From assembly GCA_963785725.1 (NCBI GenBank), contig CAWAWS010000018.1:1-64000 (forward strand): a DNA stretch of 64,000 nt, in the 5' to 3' direction. The DNA is from an uncultured delta proteobacterium (GTDB lineage Bacteria > Myxococcota_A > Polyangia > Palsa-1104). The notes below the pieces were generated by a model. The model was not told the origin of the DNA. It worked only from the letters and a program-made list of their open reading frames with translations, and ran no database searches. Shown in pieces: positions 35,449 to 45,846 of this stretch (its first letter is position 1; each line of letters begins with the position of its first letter). Position numbers and translations under genes: made by a program.

Positions 35449-35820
35449 ATGAGGGACACAGAGCTGGCGACGTTGCGGCAGGCGATGCTCGATCGTCTGA
35501 CGCAAATCTACCGCGAAGTGCATGCCGACATGGACGCGACGCGCGTGGCCAGCCTGTTCGATCGCGAGCCGCACGACGTCGGTGACGACAGCGTCCGCGA
35601 CGCCGAGGTCGACTTCACCGCCGGCCTCGACGAGCGCGATCGCGCCTTGGCGCAGCAGATCGAGGACGCGCTCGGCCGCATGCGCGACGGCAGCTACGGC
35701 AAGTGTCTCGACTGCGATCAGGCGATCCCGCTGGCGCGCCTGAAGCTCGTGCCGTGGGCGGAGCGCTGCGCGGCGGATCAGACGGCTCTCGAAGGCCGGC
35801 AGCACCACTCGACGCTGTAA
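35449..35820 (+). CDS. TraR/DksA-family regulator
   Basis: IEDALGRMRDGSYGKCLDCDQAIPLARLKLVPWAERC. Confidence 0.88.
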   Translation: MRDTELATLRQAMLDRLTQIYREVHADMDATRVASLFDREPHDVGDDSVRDAEVDFTAGLDERDRALAQQIEDALGRMRDGSYGKCLDCDQAIPLARLKLVPWAERCAADQTALEGRQHHSTL

Positions 35821-35850
35821 ACCGCGCGCTCGACGCGACTCGCGATGGGG

Positions 35851-36657
35851 CTACGCCGGCGCTTTCGGCGGCCACGGCTCGCCGCGCAGCATCGCCTCGC
35901 AGTCCGCCTGAAACTCGGCGTCGCGAAAGCGGTCGCGGGCGCGCTCGATGGCCGCGCGCGCCGTCTCGTCGTCGGGCTGCAGCGCGCCGAGCAGCCAGGC
36001 CATGCCGCGCGCGCTCACGAAGTCGGTCGTGCCCGGGAGCTCCGCGCACAGCGTGTCGAGCAGAAAGCCGCGATCGCCGCCGTCGAGGATGTCGCCGACG
36101 GCCGCGCCGTGCTGCAGCGAGCGAAACGCCGCCTCGGCCACGTCGCCCAAGAAGGCGCGCATCGCCGTCACGCCCACGCGCGAAGCATCGCGGCGCAACG
36201 TCGCCGTCCAGGCGGCGAAGAGCGCGACCGCGCCGTCGGGCACGCCGGGCGCGTGCAGATACGCTTGCGGGCTGTGGCGCGCCAACACGTCGTCGCCGGC
36301 GAGCTCGCGCGCCAGGTCGGCCCCGCGATGCGCGACGAGCCGCGCCGCCGCGTGCGCGATGGCGCCGGGCGAGCCGCCGAGCCGCGCGCCGAGCGCGTCC
36401 AGATCGTCGGCCGCCTCGCCGGCGTCGAGCCGAACGAGCCCGAAGATCGCTTGCAACGTCGCGATGCCCGCCTCGCCGCGACCGATGATGCGGCGCAAGC
36501 GCGCGATGGCCGCCGCGCGATCGTTGCAGCGCACGACCGCCTCCAGATGCGCCAGCGAGCGCGGCGCGCCCGTCCCGTCCAGCTCCGCGCGCAGCTCGAC
36601 GACGCCGATGATATGGGCGCGACCACGCAGTAGCACCGTGACCGGTTCGAGCGGCAT
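35851..36657 (-). CDS. Hypothetical alpha-helical protein
   Basis: 268-aa ORF with normal codon bias, last gene of a minus-strand three-gene run. Confidence 0.6.
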   Translation of the reverse strand: MPLEPVTVLLRGRAHIIGVVELRAELDGTGAPRSLAHLEAVVRCNDRAAAIARLRRIIGRGEAGIATLQAIFGLVRLDAGEAADDLDALGARLGGSPGAIAHAAARLVAHRGADLARELAGDDVLARHSPQAYLHAPGVPDGAVALFAAWTATLRRDASRVGVTAMRAFLGDVAEAAFRSLQHGAAVGDILDGGDRGFLLDTLCAELPGTTDFVSARGMAWLLGALQPDDETARAAIERARDRFRDAEFQADCEAMLRGEPWPPKAPA

Positions 36658-36666
36658 CCTACCGAT

Positions 36667-37584
36667 TTAGCGTCCGCCGAGCGCGCGCGCCAGTCGGCGC
36701 AGCGACTCGGGCGGACGGCGCGCCAGCGTATCGAGCGTCTGCTGATCGATCGGCTGCTTGTTCACGCGCAAGCAGGGCAAGAGCTCCAGCCGATCGGTCA
36801 GCGCCACGTTGTCGTCGAGCGCCAAGGCCCGTAAACGCGCGCGCGCCGGCTCCTTCAGCTTGCCGGCGCGTTGATCGGGCAGCGCCGCGGCCGCCGGCGG
36901 CTTGACCGACGGCGCCACCAGCGGCACGTCGCGACACAACGCCGCGCCGGCCGCGGCCGCGACCGTGGCCGACCCGTCCTTGACCAGCGCGTTCGTCAGC
37001 CACTCGGTCGCCGCCGGCGTGTTCCACAGCGACTCGGCGGCGGCGCGGCGCACGTCGGCGTTGGCGTCGCCGAGCAGCGCCATCAGCGCCTTGTCGTCGA
37101 CACGGGTGACGCCGCGCAGCGCCGCCACCGCCTCGATCGCCGGCACGCGCAACGCCGGCGGCAGCGCGCGGTTGTTGGCGGCCGTCATGAGCTCGGCCGC
37201 CGCGCGCGCCGGCACGTCGACGGGAATTTCGTCGCGCTCGCGCGCTTCGGGCGTCAGCCGCTCGGCCAAGCGCCGCGCGCACGCCGCCGCCGCCGCCGCC
37301 ACGTCCGCGTCGCTGTCGAAGATGTCGTGCGCGACCTCGGGCAGCCGCGCCCAGCCGTCGTCGACGAGCGCCAGCGCGTGCAGCGCGGCCACGCGTTCGT
37401 CGCGCGCGCCCGACGCCAGCAGCATGCCGAGTCGACCGGCGCCGAGCCGCGCCGCCACGCGCTCCAAGTCGAGCTCGTCGCCGCCACGATCGGCGGCCAC
37501 GAGCGCTTCCACCGTCGGCAAACGCACCAACGCCTGCGCCGGCGCCAGCGCGCCCAACACGCCCACGACGAGCGCGACGAGCAC
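36667..37584 (-). CDS. Exported HEAT-repeat protein
   Basis: Signal peptide; LLGDANADVRRAAAESL and DSDADVAAAAA HEAT-like repeats. Confidence 0.65.
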   Translation of the reverse strand: MLVALVVGVLGALAPAQALVRLPTVEALVAADRGGDELDLERVAARLGAGRLGMLLASGARDERVAALHALALVDDGWARLPEVAHDIFDSDADVAAAAAACARRLAERLTPEARERDEIPVDVPARAAAELMTAANNRALPPALRVPAIEAVAALRGVTRVDDKALMALLGDANADVRRAAAESLWNTPAATEWLTNALVKDGSATVAAAAGAALCRDVPLVAPSVKPPAAAALPDQRAGKLKEPARARLRALALDDNVALTDRLELLPCLRVNKQPIDQQTLDTLARRPPESLRRLARALGGR

Positions 37585-38039
37585 TACTTCAGCGTGACTT
37601 GCGAGCGCGCGTAGATGTCCTCGGCGCCACCGATCAAGCGCGTCACGAGGATGTTGTAGGTGTGACCGGCCTTGAAGTTCTGATCGGCCGACACCGCCAC
37701 CGACGAGACGAGGATCTTGGCGTTGGCCTTCGTCTGAATCGGGAAGGCGTTCGTCGGCTCGCGCGACTTCTCGGCGGTGTCATAGAACACCACCTCGACC
37801 TCGTCGGCGCCCGCGGCCTTTTTTAGATAGGCGACGAAGTTGATGGTCCACTGCCCATCCTTCGCCGCGATCTCCTTGACCTGCTGCTTCTTGAGCGTCT
37901 TCTCGAAGCCGTCGGCCGATGTGTCGATGGGCTCGGCCGTTACGATGATGTTTCCGGCTCCCGCATGCGCCAGCGAAGGAGTGACGATGGCGGCAGCGAA
38001 GGCGAGTGCGATAGTCGCGGTGCGCATGGGCATGATCAT
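37584..38039 (-). CDS. Exported hypothetical beta-rich protein
   Basis: Signal peptide ending AHA; stop overlaps the next start. Exact start uncertain (38039, 38033 or 38027). Confidence 0.7.
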   Translation of the reverse strand: MIMPMRTATIALAFAAAIVTPSLAHAGAGNIIVTAEPIDTSADGFEKTLKKQQVKEIAAKDGQWTINFVAYLKKAAGADEVEVVFYDTAEKSREPTNAFPIQTKANAKILVSSVAVSADQNFKAGHTYNILVTRLIGGAEDIYARSQVTLK

Positions 38040-38072
38040 AGAAGACGCCGGAATGATTTGCTGTGCAAAAAC

Positions 38073-38115
38073 TTGACGACCGATCAGACGTTCAGTAGGC
38101 TCTCATTTGTTCAGG
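38073..38115 (+). promoter_or_regulatory. lexA sigma70 promoter with putative LexA operator half-sites
   Basis: TTGACG(38073)-17nt-TAGGCT(38096); GTTCAG at 38090 and 38109, matching the GTTCAG core of the Myxococcus LexA box. Confidence 0.6.
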
Positions 38116-38129
38116 TCGGAGGGCCAGTC

Positions 38130-38783
38130 ATGCAGATCCAGGACGACGCCAAAGAGCCACTGACCGATCGCCAGAAGGCGGTGCTGGAGTTCATCAGCTC
38201 TTCGATCGAGAGCCGCGGCTATCCGCCGACCTTGCGCGAAATCGGCGAGCACATGGGCATTCGCAGCACCAACGGCGTCAACGATCACTTGAAGGCGTTG
38301 GAGAAGAAGGGCTACCTCGAGCGCGAAGATCTGAAGTCGCGAGCGTTACGCCCGATCTCCAGCGAAGGCGCCGGACCGACGGGAAACACCGTCGAGGTGC
38401 CGATCTTGGGTCGGGTCGCCGCCGGAGAGCCGATCCTGGCGATCGAGCAGGCCGAGGACACGGTCAAGGTCGATCGCTTCTTCCTCGGGCCGTCGCGGGA
38501 CGTGTTCGCGCTCAAGGTGCATGGCGACTCGATGATCGAGGCCGGCATCTACCATGGCGACTTCATTTTCGTGAAGAAGCAGCTGGTGGCGAACAAGGGC
38601 GACATCGTCGTGGCGATGATCAATGACGAGGCGACGGTGAAGTATTTCCATCCCGAGCCCGAGAAAGATCAGATCGTGTTCAAGCCGGCAAATCAGCGGC
38701 TGCAACCGATTGTCGTCAAGCGTCGCGACTTCAAATCGGTGAATTTGATCGGCCTGGTAGTCGGGGTTTACCGACGGCTGTAG
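38130..38783 (+). CDS. lexA: SOS repressor LexA
   Basis: [19 protein letters not shown] cleavage site, GDSM (Ser), ATVK (Lys); GGAGG RBS. Confidence 0.96.
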   Translation: MQIQDDAKEPLTDRQKAVLEFISSSIESRGYPPTLREIGEHMGIRSTNGVNDHLKALEKKGYLEREDLKSRALRPISSEGAGPTGNTVEVPILGRVAAGEPILAIEQAEDTVKVDRFFLGPSRDVFALKVHGDSMIEAGIYHGDFIFVKKQLVANKGDIVVAMINDEATVKYFHPEPEKDQIVFKPANQRLQPIVVKRRDFKSVNLIGLVVGVYRRL

Positions 38784-38800
38784 CATGCTAGATTCTGTAG

Positions 38801-40849
38801 GTGCGTGACGGAAGGTTCCATTGGCGACGGCTTGCGTATGCAGCCGTCGTTTCCGTTTGCACGAGCGGCGCCTACTGGGTCGTGATGCTGTCGAGCTTCG
38901 CGGCGCTGACCGAGAAGCAGCCGGAGGAGATTCAAGTCGCCTGGATGCCCGACGCCGACGAAGGCAAGGCGCCCGACGAAGCGCCGATTCCGCCCGAGCC
39001 CGAGGAAAAGAAAAAGGCGGAGAAGGCCAAGAAAGAGAAAGAGAAGCTCAAGAAGGAAAAGCTCGCGCAGGCGCCCGAGCCGGCCAAAGTCGAGGAAAAG
39101 AAGAAAGAGGCGGAGCTCGAGATCAAGCCGCCGCCGCCGCCCGACAAGCCGCCGCCACCGCCGCCGCCGCTCATCGATCATCGCAAGCAGATGGTCGATC
39201 AGGACAAGTTTCCCGACGAGCAGGACAACGCCGACGCGAACTACTTGGCGCAGAAGAACCATCGCACCGAGCACGAGACGCGGGCGACGAACACCAACCT
39301 CGTGCGCGAAGTACAGTCGGCAGAGACGCACGAGTCGGAGCGTTCGGACAACAAAGCGCCGGATACGGGGGCGAAGAACGACAAGCTGGCCGAGCTGCAG
39401 AATCGCGACGGGCAGAAGAATCAGGTGGTGCGCTCGTCGGAGATGCAAGGCCAGGAGGGTCAGGCGCAGCCGAAGGAGCAGCCGCAAGGGCCCTTGTCGA
39501 TGCGCGATCTGACGCCGAAGGCGGCGATCGATCCGACCGAAGCCGTCAAGCAGCGCGAAGGGCTCGACAAGCAGGAAAAGGGGCAGGGCGATCTGCCGAT
39601 GGCGCGCGTCGGCGTCGAGGGGCAGCGCGCGGTGGCGCCGACGATGGGCTCGTCGAAGCCGAACCTGAACCTGAACCATCACATGTACGACAACATCGTG
39701 GGCGTGCAGGCGGCCGAGGACGAGCGGCGCGCGGCGGCGAAGGCGGAGAAGTCGCACGTCGCCGGGCATTGGGATCGCATGCAGACGAAGTTCGCGGCGA
39801 TTCGCTCGTCGATCGAGAACTTCACGCCCGCGGTCAAGCCGGGCAATCAGGAGGAATTGGGGACGCGCGCGTCGCCGTTCGCCGCCTACATCACGGCGAT
39901 GCATCGGCAGATTCACAAGCTGTTTACGCTCGGCTTCTTGGCCGACATCGATCTGCAGCGCAACTCGGTCTACGCCAACGATCAGCTGTGGACGCAGCTC
40001 GAGATCGTCGTCAAGAGCGACGGCACCGTCGAGCGCGTCGGGATCGTGCGCACGTCGGGGCTGTTGCCGTTCGACGTAGCGGCGATCGACAGCGTCATGT
40101 CGGCGGCGCCGTTTCCGCCGCCGCCGCAAGCGATCAAGAGCGCCAACGGTAAGGTTTACGTCGACTGGCAGTTCCATCGTGACGAGCGCGCGTGCGGCAC
40201 GTTCGGCGCCGATCCGCATATTTTGACGACGGTCGAGGAGAACCGCGAGCACGACACGTCGGAGACGGGCGCGCAGGCCAAGGCCATGCGGCAAGCGGCG
40301 GAGGCGGCGGGCGGCAAGAACGCGCACACCGGCGGCGGCGCGCTCGATCTCGCGCACAACGGTGGCGGCGGCGGGCCGACGGAAGCGCCGCGACAGCTGT
40401 CGCGCGAGCCGACCGAGCGGCCGCGCGGCGACGACGAGATCCCGACGGCCAAGCCGTCGGTGGCGCCGACGGTGGTCGTGCCCGAGGTGACGCGCGACGT
40501 GCGCGCCGCGGCCGAGGGCTGGTTCGCGGCTTACCAGCGCGGCGACGCGGCGTGGCTGGCGGGCTGGAGCGCGACGCCGTTTACGGCCGCGGGCGAAGTC
40601 ATCGCGCGCGACGGCCCGACGCTGAAGGCGATGTACAAGCAGCTGCTCGCCGAGGCGCCGAAGGGGCGCGCCACGAGCGGGCTCGACGTGCTGACGCCGG
40701 CGGGCATTCGCGGCAAGCTGGGCGGCCTGCCGCCCGGCGGCGAGCCCGACGGCATGCTGTTCGCCGTCGGCAAGTCGGGCGGCGAAGAGTTCATCCTGCT
40801 GCTCAAGAAGTCATCGCAAGGCTGGCGCGTCGCCGGCATCGACCGCTGA
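38801..40849 (+). CDS. TonB/TolA-like energy transducer with additional C-terminal domain
   Basis: N-terminal TM, Lys/Glu/Pro linker, VVKSDGTV...TSGLLPFDVAAIDSVMSAAPFPPPP (TonB_C-like). Confidence 0.75.
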   Translation: MRDGRFHWRRLAYAAVVSVCTSGAYWVVMLSSFAALTEKQPEEIQVAWMPDADEGKAPDEAPIPPEPEEKKKAEKAKKEKEKLKKEKLAQAPEPAKVEEKKKEAELEIKPPPPPDKPPPPPPPLIDHRKQMVDQDKFPDEQDNADANYLAQKNHRTEHETRATNTNLVREVQSAETHESERSDNKAPDTGAKNDKLAELQNRDGQKNQVVRSSEMQGQEGQAQPKEQPQGPLSMRDLTPKAAIDPTEAVKQREGLDKQEKGQGDLPMARVGVEGQRAVAPTMGSSKPNLNLNHHMYDNIVGVQAAEDERRAAAKAEKSHVAGHWDRMQTKFAAIRSSIENFTPAVKPGNQEELGTRASPFAAYITAMHRQIHKLFTLGFLADIDLQRNSVYANDQLWTQLEIVVKSDGTVERVGIVRTSGLLPFDVAAIDSVMSAAPFPPPPQAIKSANGKVYVDWQFHRDERACGTFGADPHILTTVEENREHDTSETGAQAKAMRQAAEAAGGKNAHTGGGALDLAHNGGGGGPTEAPRQLSREPTERPRGDDEIPTAKPSVAPTVVVPEVTRDVRAAAEGWFAAYQRGDAAWLAGWSATPFTAAGEVIARDGPTLKAMYKQLLAEAPKGRATSGLDVLTPAGIRGKLGGLPPGGEPDGMLFAVGKSGGEEFILLLKKSSQGWRVAGIDR

Positions 40850-40887
40850 AAAAGAAAACGCCCGGCTCTGCGCGAGAACCGGGCGTT
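40850..40887 (-). terminator. Intrinsic terminator (csp side; between convergent genes)
   Basis: Stem AACGCCCGG / CCGGGCGTT (40857-40887) followed by TTCTTTTT on the minus strand. Confidence 0.75.
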
Positions 40888-40905
40888 GCCGTTCAATCGT
40901 GACGA

Positions 40906-41112
40906 CTACAGCTTGACGACGTTGCTCGCTTGCGGACCTTTCGGCCCGTCGGTGAGCTCGAACTCGACCGGCTGACCTTCGGCCAGCGAGCGGAATCCCT
41001 CGCCCTGAATCTGCGTGTGATGGACGAACACGTCCGGTCCGCTCGCGGGCGTGATGAAGCCGTAGCCCTTCGCGTCGTTGAACCACTTCACGGTGCCTTG
41101 AACCAGTGACAT
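40906..41112 (-). CDS. Cold-shock protein (CspA family)
   Basis: [15 protein letters not shown]...DVFVHH...GFRSLAEGQ...[18 protein letters not shown]. Confidence 0.97.
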   Translation of the reverse strand: MSLVQGTVKWFNDAKGYGFITPASGPDVFVHHTQIQGEGFRSLAEGQPVEFELTDGPKGPQASNVVKL

Positions 41113-41186
41113 CGAAATCCTCCAGACCTCGTCTCGCCCATCGCGAGGCGAGTTTTGAGGGGACCATATCGCCTGCGGGCTTTCTG

Positions 41187-42791
41187 TCAATACAGCTTGC
41201 GTAAGTCGGCGTCTTCGTAATAGTGCCGCAGGATCTCTAGGTAGCTCTTGCCCGCCTGCGCCATGCCGACGGCGCCGGTCTGACAGAGGCCGACGCCGTG
41301 GCCGTGACCGCCGCCGGTGGCGTCGATCGTCGCGATGTGACCGCTGTCGTCGCGCGTGACGTCGAGGACGAACATGGCGCTCTTGAGCGTGCCGAGCGCG
41401 CGGCGGATCTCGAGCTCGCCGTCGAGGTCGCGCTCGCGCTCGTCGCCGACCAGGTGCACCTTCGTCGCGCGGCCGGACACGCCGCGGGCGACGACGCGGA
41501 TGTCGCGCAAGCGGCCGACGAGGGGCTGCAGCAGCGCGGGATCGATCGGCTTGTGCCAGCGATAATTCGTCGTCGCCTCTTTCGGTCGCGCGCACCAAAT
41601 ATCTGACGTCGGCGACGGGCCGAGCGCGAGCCAGGCGCGAATGTTGGTCTCGTCGATGGTCGCGAACGTGGCGTCGCTCTTGCCGTCGAGCCGGCCGCGG
41701 AGCTGCGCGTCGGGCGCGCCCGGCCAGACGCGCTCGTTGTGCTCGCCGTGGCCGCCGCAAGACGCGGAGTAGACGGCGTCGACGAGGCTGCCGTCGGGGC
41801 GCGCGAGCAGCTGGCCGCGCGTGGCGGCGACGGCGGCGGTGGCGCGCGGATCTTCGTGGCCGGCGCCGGCATACACCTGACAATGCACCGTCGAGCAGAG
41901 GCGATAGGGATCGGTCAAGTGGCGCGTCCCGATCTTGGCCAAGAGCTCGTTGCGCGCGGCCACCGCTTGCGCCTTCAGCGCTTCGGGCGGCGACGACGCC
42001 GACATCTCCGCCGGCACCAGCCCGGCCAGCAGCTTGTCCTCCGGCACGGCGTTGACGACCGCCAGCTGTCCGCCGTTGTCGACGGTGACGTAGAGCTTGC
42101 CGAAGTAGCGCCGTGGCTCTTTGCCGCCGCGGCCATTGTCGACGTCGCTCAAGTCGAGTAAGCCGCTCGGTCCCGGCGAGAGCCACAAGATGGCGTCGTT
42201 GCGCACGACGACGCCGCGCTCGTCGACCGCCTCGACGGTGCCGCGCGGGCGTTCGACGAGGTCGGGATGGAGCGTGCCGCCGATGGCCGTCGCCGCTTTT
42301 TTGGCCGCCGCTTCGTCGTCGAAGCCTTCGGTGGCGACGAGGACGCGGCGGCTGTCGAGCACCTGGCCTTTGACGGCGAAGAGCGAGCCGACCTCGAACG
42401 TGCGCGGCGTCTTGCCCTTGGCTCGCCAGCGGGCGAGCTCGGCCTGCAGCTCCGTCGACTGCGCGGGCGCGAACGACGCGGCCACCACCCACCAGCGAAT
42501 CTTGCCCGGCTTGCCGTCGACGACGCGCAACGTCCAGCGCGTGCCGCCGCGCACCTCGGCGCCGCCTTCACCGTCGGGCAAAAGGCGCATGCCGGCGCCG
42601 CTGACGGTCACCTCCGGCCGATGCTCCATGACGCGCACGGTGACGATCGGCAGCCCATCGCGCGTCCACGAAAACTGGCTCGAGTAGACGACGCGCAGCT
42701 TGTCGGCGCCGCTCAGCTCGTCGCCGCGCGCGGCCGCGGCCAGCACGGTGACGACTGCCAGCGCCGCTGCCGCCCGAGCGCGCGTCGCCAT
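41187..42791 (-). CDS. SpoIID/LytB domain protein
   Basis: GLVPAEM...[36 protein letters not shown]. Confidence 0.9.
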   Translation of the reverse strand: MATRARAAAALAVVTVLAAAARGDELSGADKLRVVYSSQFSWTRDGLPIVTVRVMEHRPEVTVSGAGMRLLPDGEGGAEVRGGTRWTLRVVDGKPGKIRWWVVAASFAPAQSTELQAELARWRAKGKTPRTFEVGSLFAVKGQVLDSRRVLVATEGFDDEAAAKKAATAIGGTLHPDLVERPRGTVEAVDERGVVVRNDAILWLSPGPSGLLDLSDVDNGRGGKEPRRYFGKLYVTVDNGGQLAVVNAVPEDKLLAGLVPAEMSASSPPEALKAQAVAARNELLAKIGTRHLTDPYRLCSTVHCQVYAGAGHEDPRATAAVAATRGQLLARPDGSLVDAVYSASCGGHGEHNERVWPGAPDAQLRGRLDGKSDATFATIDETNIRAWLALGPSPTSDIWCARPKEATTNYRWHKPIDPALLQPLVGRLRDIRVVARGVSGRATKVHLVGDERERDLDGELEIRRALGTLKSAMFVLDVTRDDSGHIATIDATGGGHGHGVGLCQTGAVGMAQAGKSYLEILRHYYEDADLRKLY

Positions 42792-42793
42792 CG

Positions 42794-43372
42794 CTACGCG
42801 CGCAGCTCGGTCTTCGCGATGTAGTTCAGGTTCAAGAAGTTGATGGTGAAGTGGGCCACGATCGGCGCGCCCAAATTCCCGAGCTTCATATGCAAGAGGC
42901 CCATGGCGATGCCCATGATGAACGACATGATCGTCCACGGCAAAAATCGCCACTGCGCCCGCACGTGCATGGCCGCGAACAGCGCGCTCGACCACCACAG
43001 GCCGATCGCCGGCAACATGGCGCCGCGGAAGAACATCTCTTCGCCGATCGACGACGCGGCCGCGAGGATGAACATCTCCTTCGACGACAGCTCGTGGACG
43101 ACGGCGTGAAACTCCTGGTGCAGCACGCGCGCCCACTCCATCGAGTGCGTCGCCAGCCGCGACAAGAACACCATGGCCAAGCCGAAGGCGAGCCCGACGA
43201 ACGGCCCCGCCCACAGCCAGAACGTCGTCTTTTGCGCCCCGAATTCGTAGATGTTCGACTGGTGGCGGAATTGGCCCCAGATGATGGCGAGGCCGCCGAG
43301 CGCGCCGTAGAGCAGCCCGATGACGGCGGCGCGGCTCAGGCGTGGTTCACGCGGCGTCGACGCGAGCTGCAT
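42794..43372 (-). CDS. CPBP (Abi/CAAX) family intramembrane metalloprotease
   Basis: EEMFFRG, FAAMH, HFTIN motifs. Confidence 0.9.
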   Translation of the reverse strand: MQLASTPREPRLSRAAVIGLLYGALGGLAIIWGQFRHQSNIYEFGAQKTTFWLWAGPFVGLAFGLAMVFLSRLATHSMEWARVLHQEFHAVVHELSSKEMFILAAASSIGEEMFFRGAMLPAIGLWWSSALFAAMHVRAQWRFLPWTIMSFIMGIAMGLLHMKLGNLGAPIVAHFTINFLNLNYIAKTELRA

Positions 43373-43394
43373 TGCGGATAGTCAATATAACGTG

Positions 43395-44423
43395 CTAACG
43401 CGCGATCTGCACGTGGCGCTTACGCACCAGCGGATCGCCGGCGCGCGCCGCCCACTCGAAGTGTGCGGCAGCGTGCGAAGTCAGCGCGCGGTGCTGGCGG
43501 AAACGCCCGACGAACGGGCTGCGCCGCCACACGGTGACGCGCGCGTCGGCCACCTCGGTGTTGTGACAATAGGCCGGCTCGCCGTCGGGATCGACGTATT
43601 CGGCCATGATCATGTCGTCGGGCCGGCAGGTCAGCTCGGCCTCGATCTTCCACTCGGCGTTGGCGGCGTGCAGAAGATAGCGGCCCGTGCCGTAGTCGGA
43701 TCGCGCGAGCGGCAGCTGCCACAGCTCGCGGAAGTGCAGCTGCGCCGGCTCGTTGTCGACGACGAGCGAGATCAGGGTCAGCTTGGGGAGCACCAGCGGG
43801 CCGCGGCGCAAGCGCACCGACAGCGTCTCGAGCGCCGTCGTGCGATCGTCGTCGAAGCCGTTGCAGTGCGACCAGGCCCAGGAATAGGCGTGTTTCTTGC
43901 CCCACACGTGCGACTGGCCCAGCGGATCGCCCTCCAGCGCGTAGCGCTCGCCGTCGACGATGATCTCGCCGCGCACCGCGACGTTGAGGTTCGGCGCCAA
44001 CACCATCGTGTCCGCCAGGTTGGTCTTGTACAGCGGCGACGGCAGGTGCAAGTGCGCCTCGGTGGCCGGCGACCAGCGCAGATCCCACGCGATCTCGTGC
44101 CCTTCGCCGGCGAGGCGGCCGCGCGCGCTCGACGACGTCAGCTCGCCGTCGGCGATGCGGATGCGAAACGGCGTCGGCTCCTGGCGCAGCTCGGCGATGG
44201 CGAAGCGCTCGTTGACGCCGAAGGTGCGCTCGGGCCGATCGCGATCGAAGCGGGCGAACCACAGCTGCGCGTAGGGCTCGCCGTGACCCTCCGTCGGCGC
44301 TTCCAGCGTGTAGCGAATCCAAAAACCGGTGCGCGACGCGAGGTGATTGAGGGTGGCGTACCACACCTCGTAGTGGCCGCGCTGGAACTCCCAGCGCATG
44401 CGGTTGGCTTCGGCGACGTCCAT
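43395..44423 (-). CDS. Tocopherol-cyclase/CrtC-like beta-barrel protein
   Basis: YEVWY, WIRYT, GQSHVWGKKHAYSWAWSHCNGF, YVDPDG. Confidence 0.6.
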   Translation of the reverse strand: MDVAEANRMRWEFQRGHYEVWYATLNHLASRTGFWIRYTLEAPTEGHGEPYAQLWFARFDRDRPERTFGVNERFAIAELRQEPTPFRIRIADGELTSSSARGRLAGEGHEIAWDLRWSPATEAHLHLPSPLYKTNLADTMVLAPNLNVAVRGEIIVDGERYALEGDPLGQSHVWGKKHAYSWAWSHCNGFDDDRTTALETLSVRLRRGPLVLPKLTLISLVVDNEPAQLHFRELWQLPLARSDYGTGRYLLHAANAEWKIEAELTCRPDDMIMAEYVDPDGEPAYCHNTEVADARVTVWRRSPFVGRFRQHRALTSHAAAHFEWAARAGDPLVRKRHVQIAR

Positions 44424-44544
44424 GGCGCCATGCTACAAGAGATGCACCAACAGTGTCGCCTGGGTTGAGAGACGAGCGAGACGGAGCGCACGCCGATGAC
44501 GCTGCTGGTTGACGTAGTCCTCCACCACAGGGTTGAGCAACGAG

Positions 44545-45846
44545 ATGGCGACTGATCTGACTTGCGTGCTGGTCCCGGCGGGCCAGCTGGAACCTGCAGC
44601 GGTGCACGCGATCGTGCGCAAGAGCGGCCGACTGGCGGCGCTGGTGCGCGTCGCGCCCTTGCCGGCGCTGAGCCTGGTGCAGATCGAAGTGCACGATCTG
44701 CGGCGCGGCATGCCGTGCGAGGATCCCGAGCTCGTGGGCGCGTTCTCCAAAGGCGGGCGCGCCACGTTCGTGCACGTGAACCACACGGCCAAGCAGGCGA
44801 TGGTGCACGGCTTCATCGACGGCAAGCCCAACGAAGGCTTCGCCGGCGCGCCCGGCGACGACTTCATGGCGCGCCTCATCGCCGAAGCCGGCCACGCGCT
44901 CGACGCCATCACCGCCGCCGACGACGGGTCACGACTCGGCATCGGCATCGCGTCCACGCAAACGCACGCGCTCTTGAAGGGCCGCGCGCTGCACGTTCCC
45001 GTCGGCACGCCGACCGCGCTCGACTCCTTCGTGTTTCACGATCGCGGCCAGAAGCTCGACGAGGGCGCCGAGCGGCTCGCGTGGCTGGCGTTCGATCGCG
45101 CGCTGGCGTTCGGCGCGCCCGGCCGCGCGCTGGCGGCGATGATCGACGGCGCGCCCGCCGGCGCCTTCGGTCCGCTCGAGGGCGCGCGCGCCGAAGCCGT
45201 GGCTGCGCTGGCCGCGCTCGGCGAGCAGTCGCCGGCCGACGCCAAGCTGCAGAACGCGCGCGCCCTCGAGTTGTGCGCGTTCGCCGCGGCGATGGCGTTC
45301 GCGGGCGGCGATCAGCTGCGTTATTGGGACGAGCGGGTCTTGCCGCTGTTCGCCATCTGCGGCAAGCCGACGCCGCCCGCGCCCGTCCTCGACGCCGAAG
45401 AAGCGGACGAGATCGATCACGAAGAGACGCCGTTTCTGGAGGCGATGGTCGAGACCTTGCCGTTCGCCGCGCCGCCCGAAGGCGAAGGTCCGCTCCTGAC
45501 GCAGCTGGCGCCGGGCGAGCTCGGCCCGCTGGCGCCGTGGGCCGGCGGCGCCGCCGAGCATACGGGCGCGCTCTTCTCGCTGCGTCCCGAGCGGCTGTTG
45601 ACGCTCGTGCGCACGCTCGACGGCAAGCGGCTGACGGCGGCGATGGACTCGTTCGCGCACGCCTGGTATCGCGCGCTCCGGCCCGGGCAGCCCGAAGGCG
45701 ACGCGTTCAAGACGTGGCGGCAGGCCAAAGACGACGAAGGCCACGCCGATCTCGACCGCTTCGTGAACGACTGGGCCGAGCTGCGCGCCTGCCTCGAGAT
45801 CGCCGCCGCCAACCAGCTCGACGTCGCGCTGCTGTTTTACTCATGA
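44545..45846 (+). CDS. Hypothetical protein (~430 aa)
   Basis: Long ORF with normal codon bias; ATGA overlap with the NUDIX gene; start may be 44533. Confidence 0.7.
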   Translation: MATDLTCVLVPAGQLEPAAVHAIVRKSGRLAALVRVAPLPALSLVQIEVHDLRRGMPCEDPELVGAFSKGGRATFVHVNHTAKQAMVHGFIDGKPNEGFAGAPGDDFMARLIAEAGHALDAITAADDGSRLGIGIASTQTHALLKGRALHVPVGTPTALDSFVFHDRGQKLDEGAERLAWLAFDRALAFGAPGRALAAMIDGAPAGAFGPLEGARAEAVAALAALGEQSPADAKLQNARALELCAFAAAMAFAGGDQLRYWDERVLPLFAICGKPTPPAPVLDAEEADEIDHEETPFLEAMVETLPFAAPPEGEGPLLTQLAPGELGPLAPWAGGAAEHTGALFSLRPERLLTLVRTLDGKRLTAAMDSFAHAWYRALRPGQPEGDAFKTWRQAKDDEGHADLDRFVNDWAELRACLEIAAANQLDVALLFYS

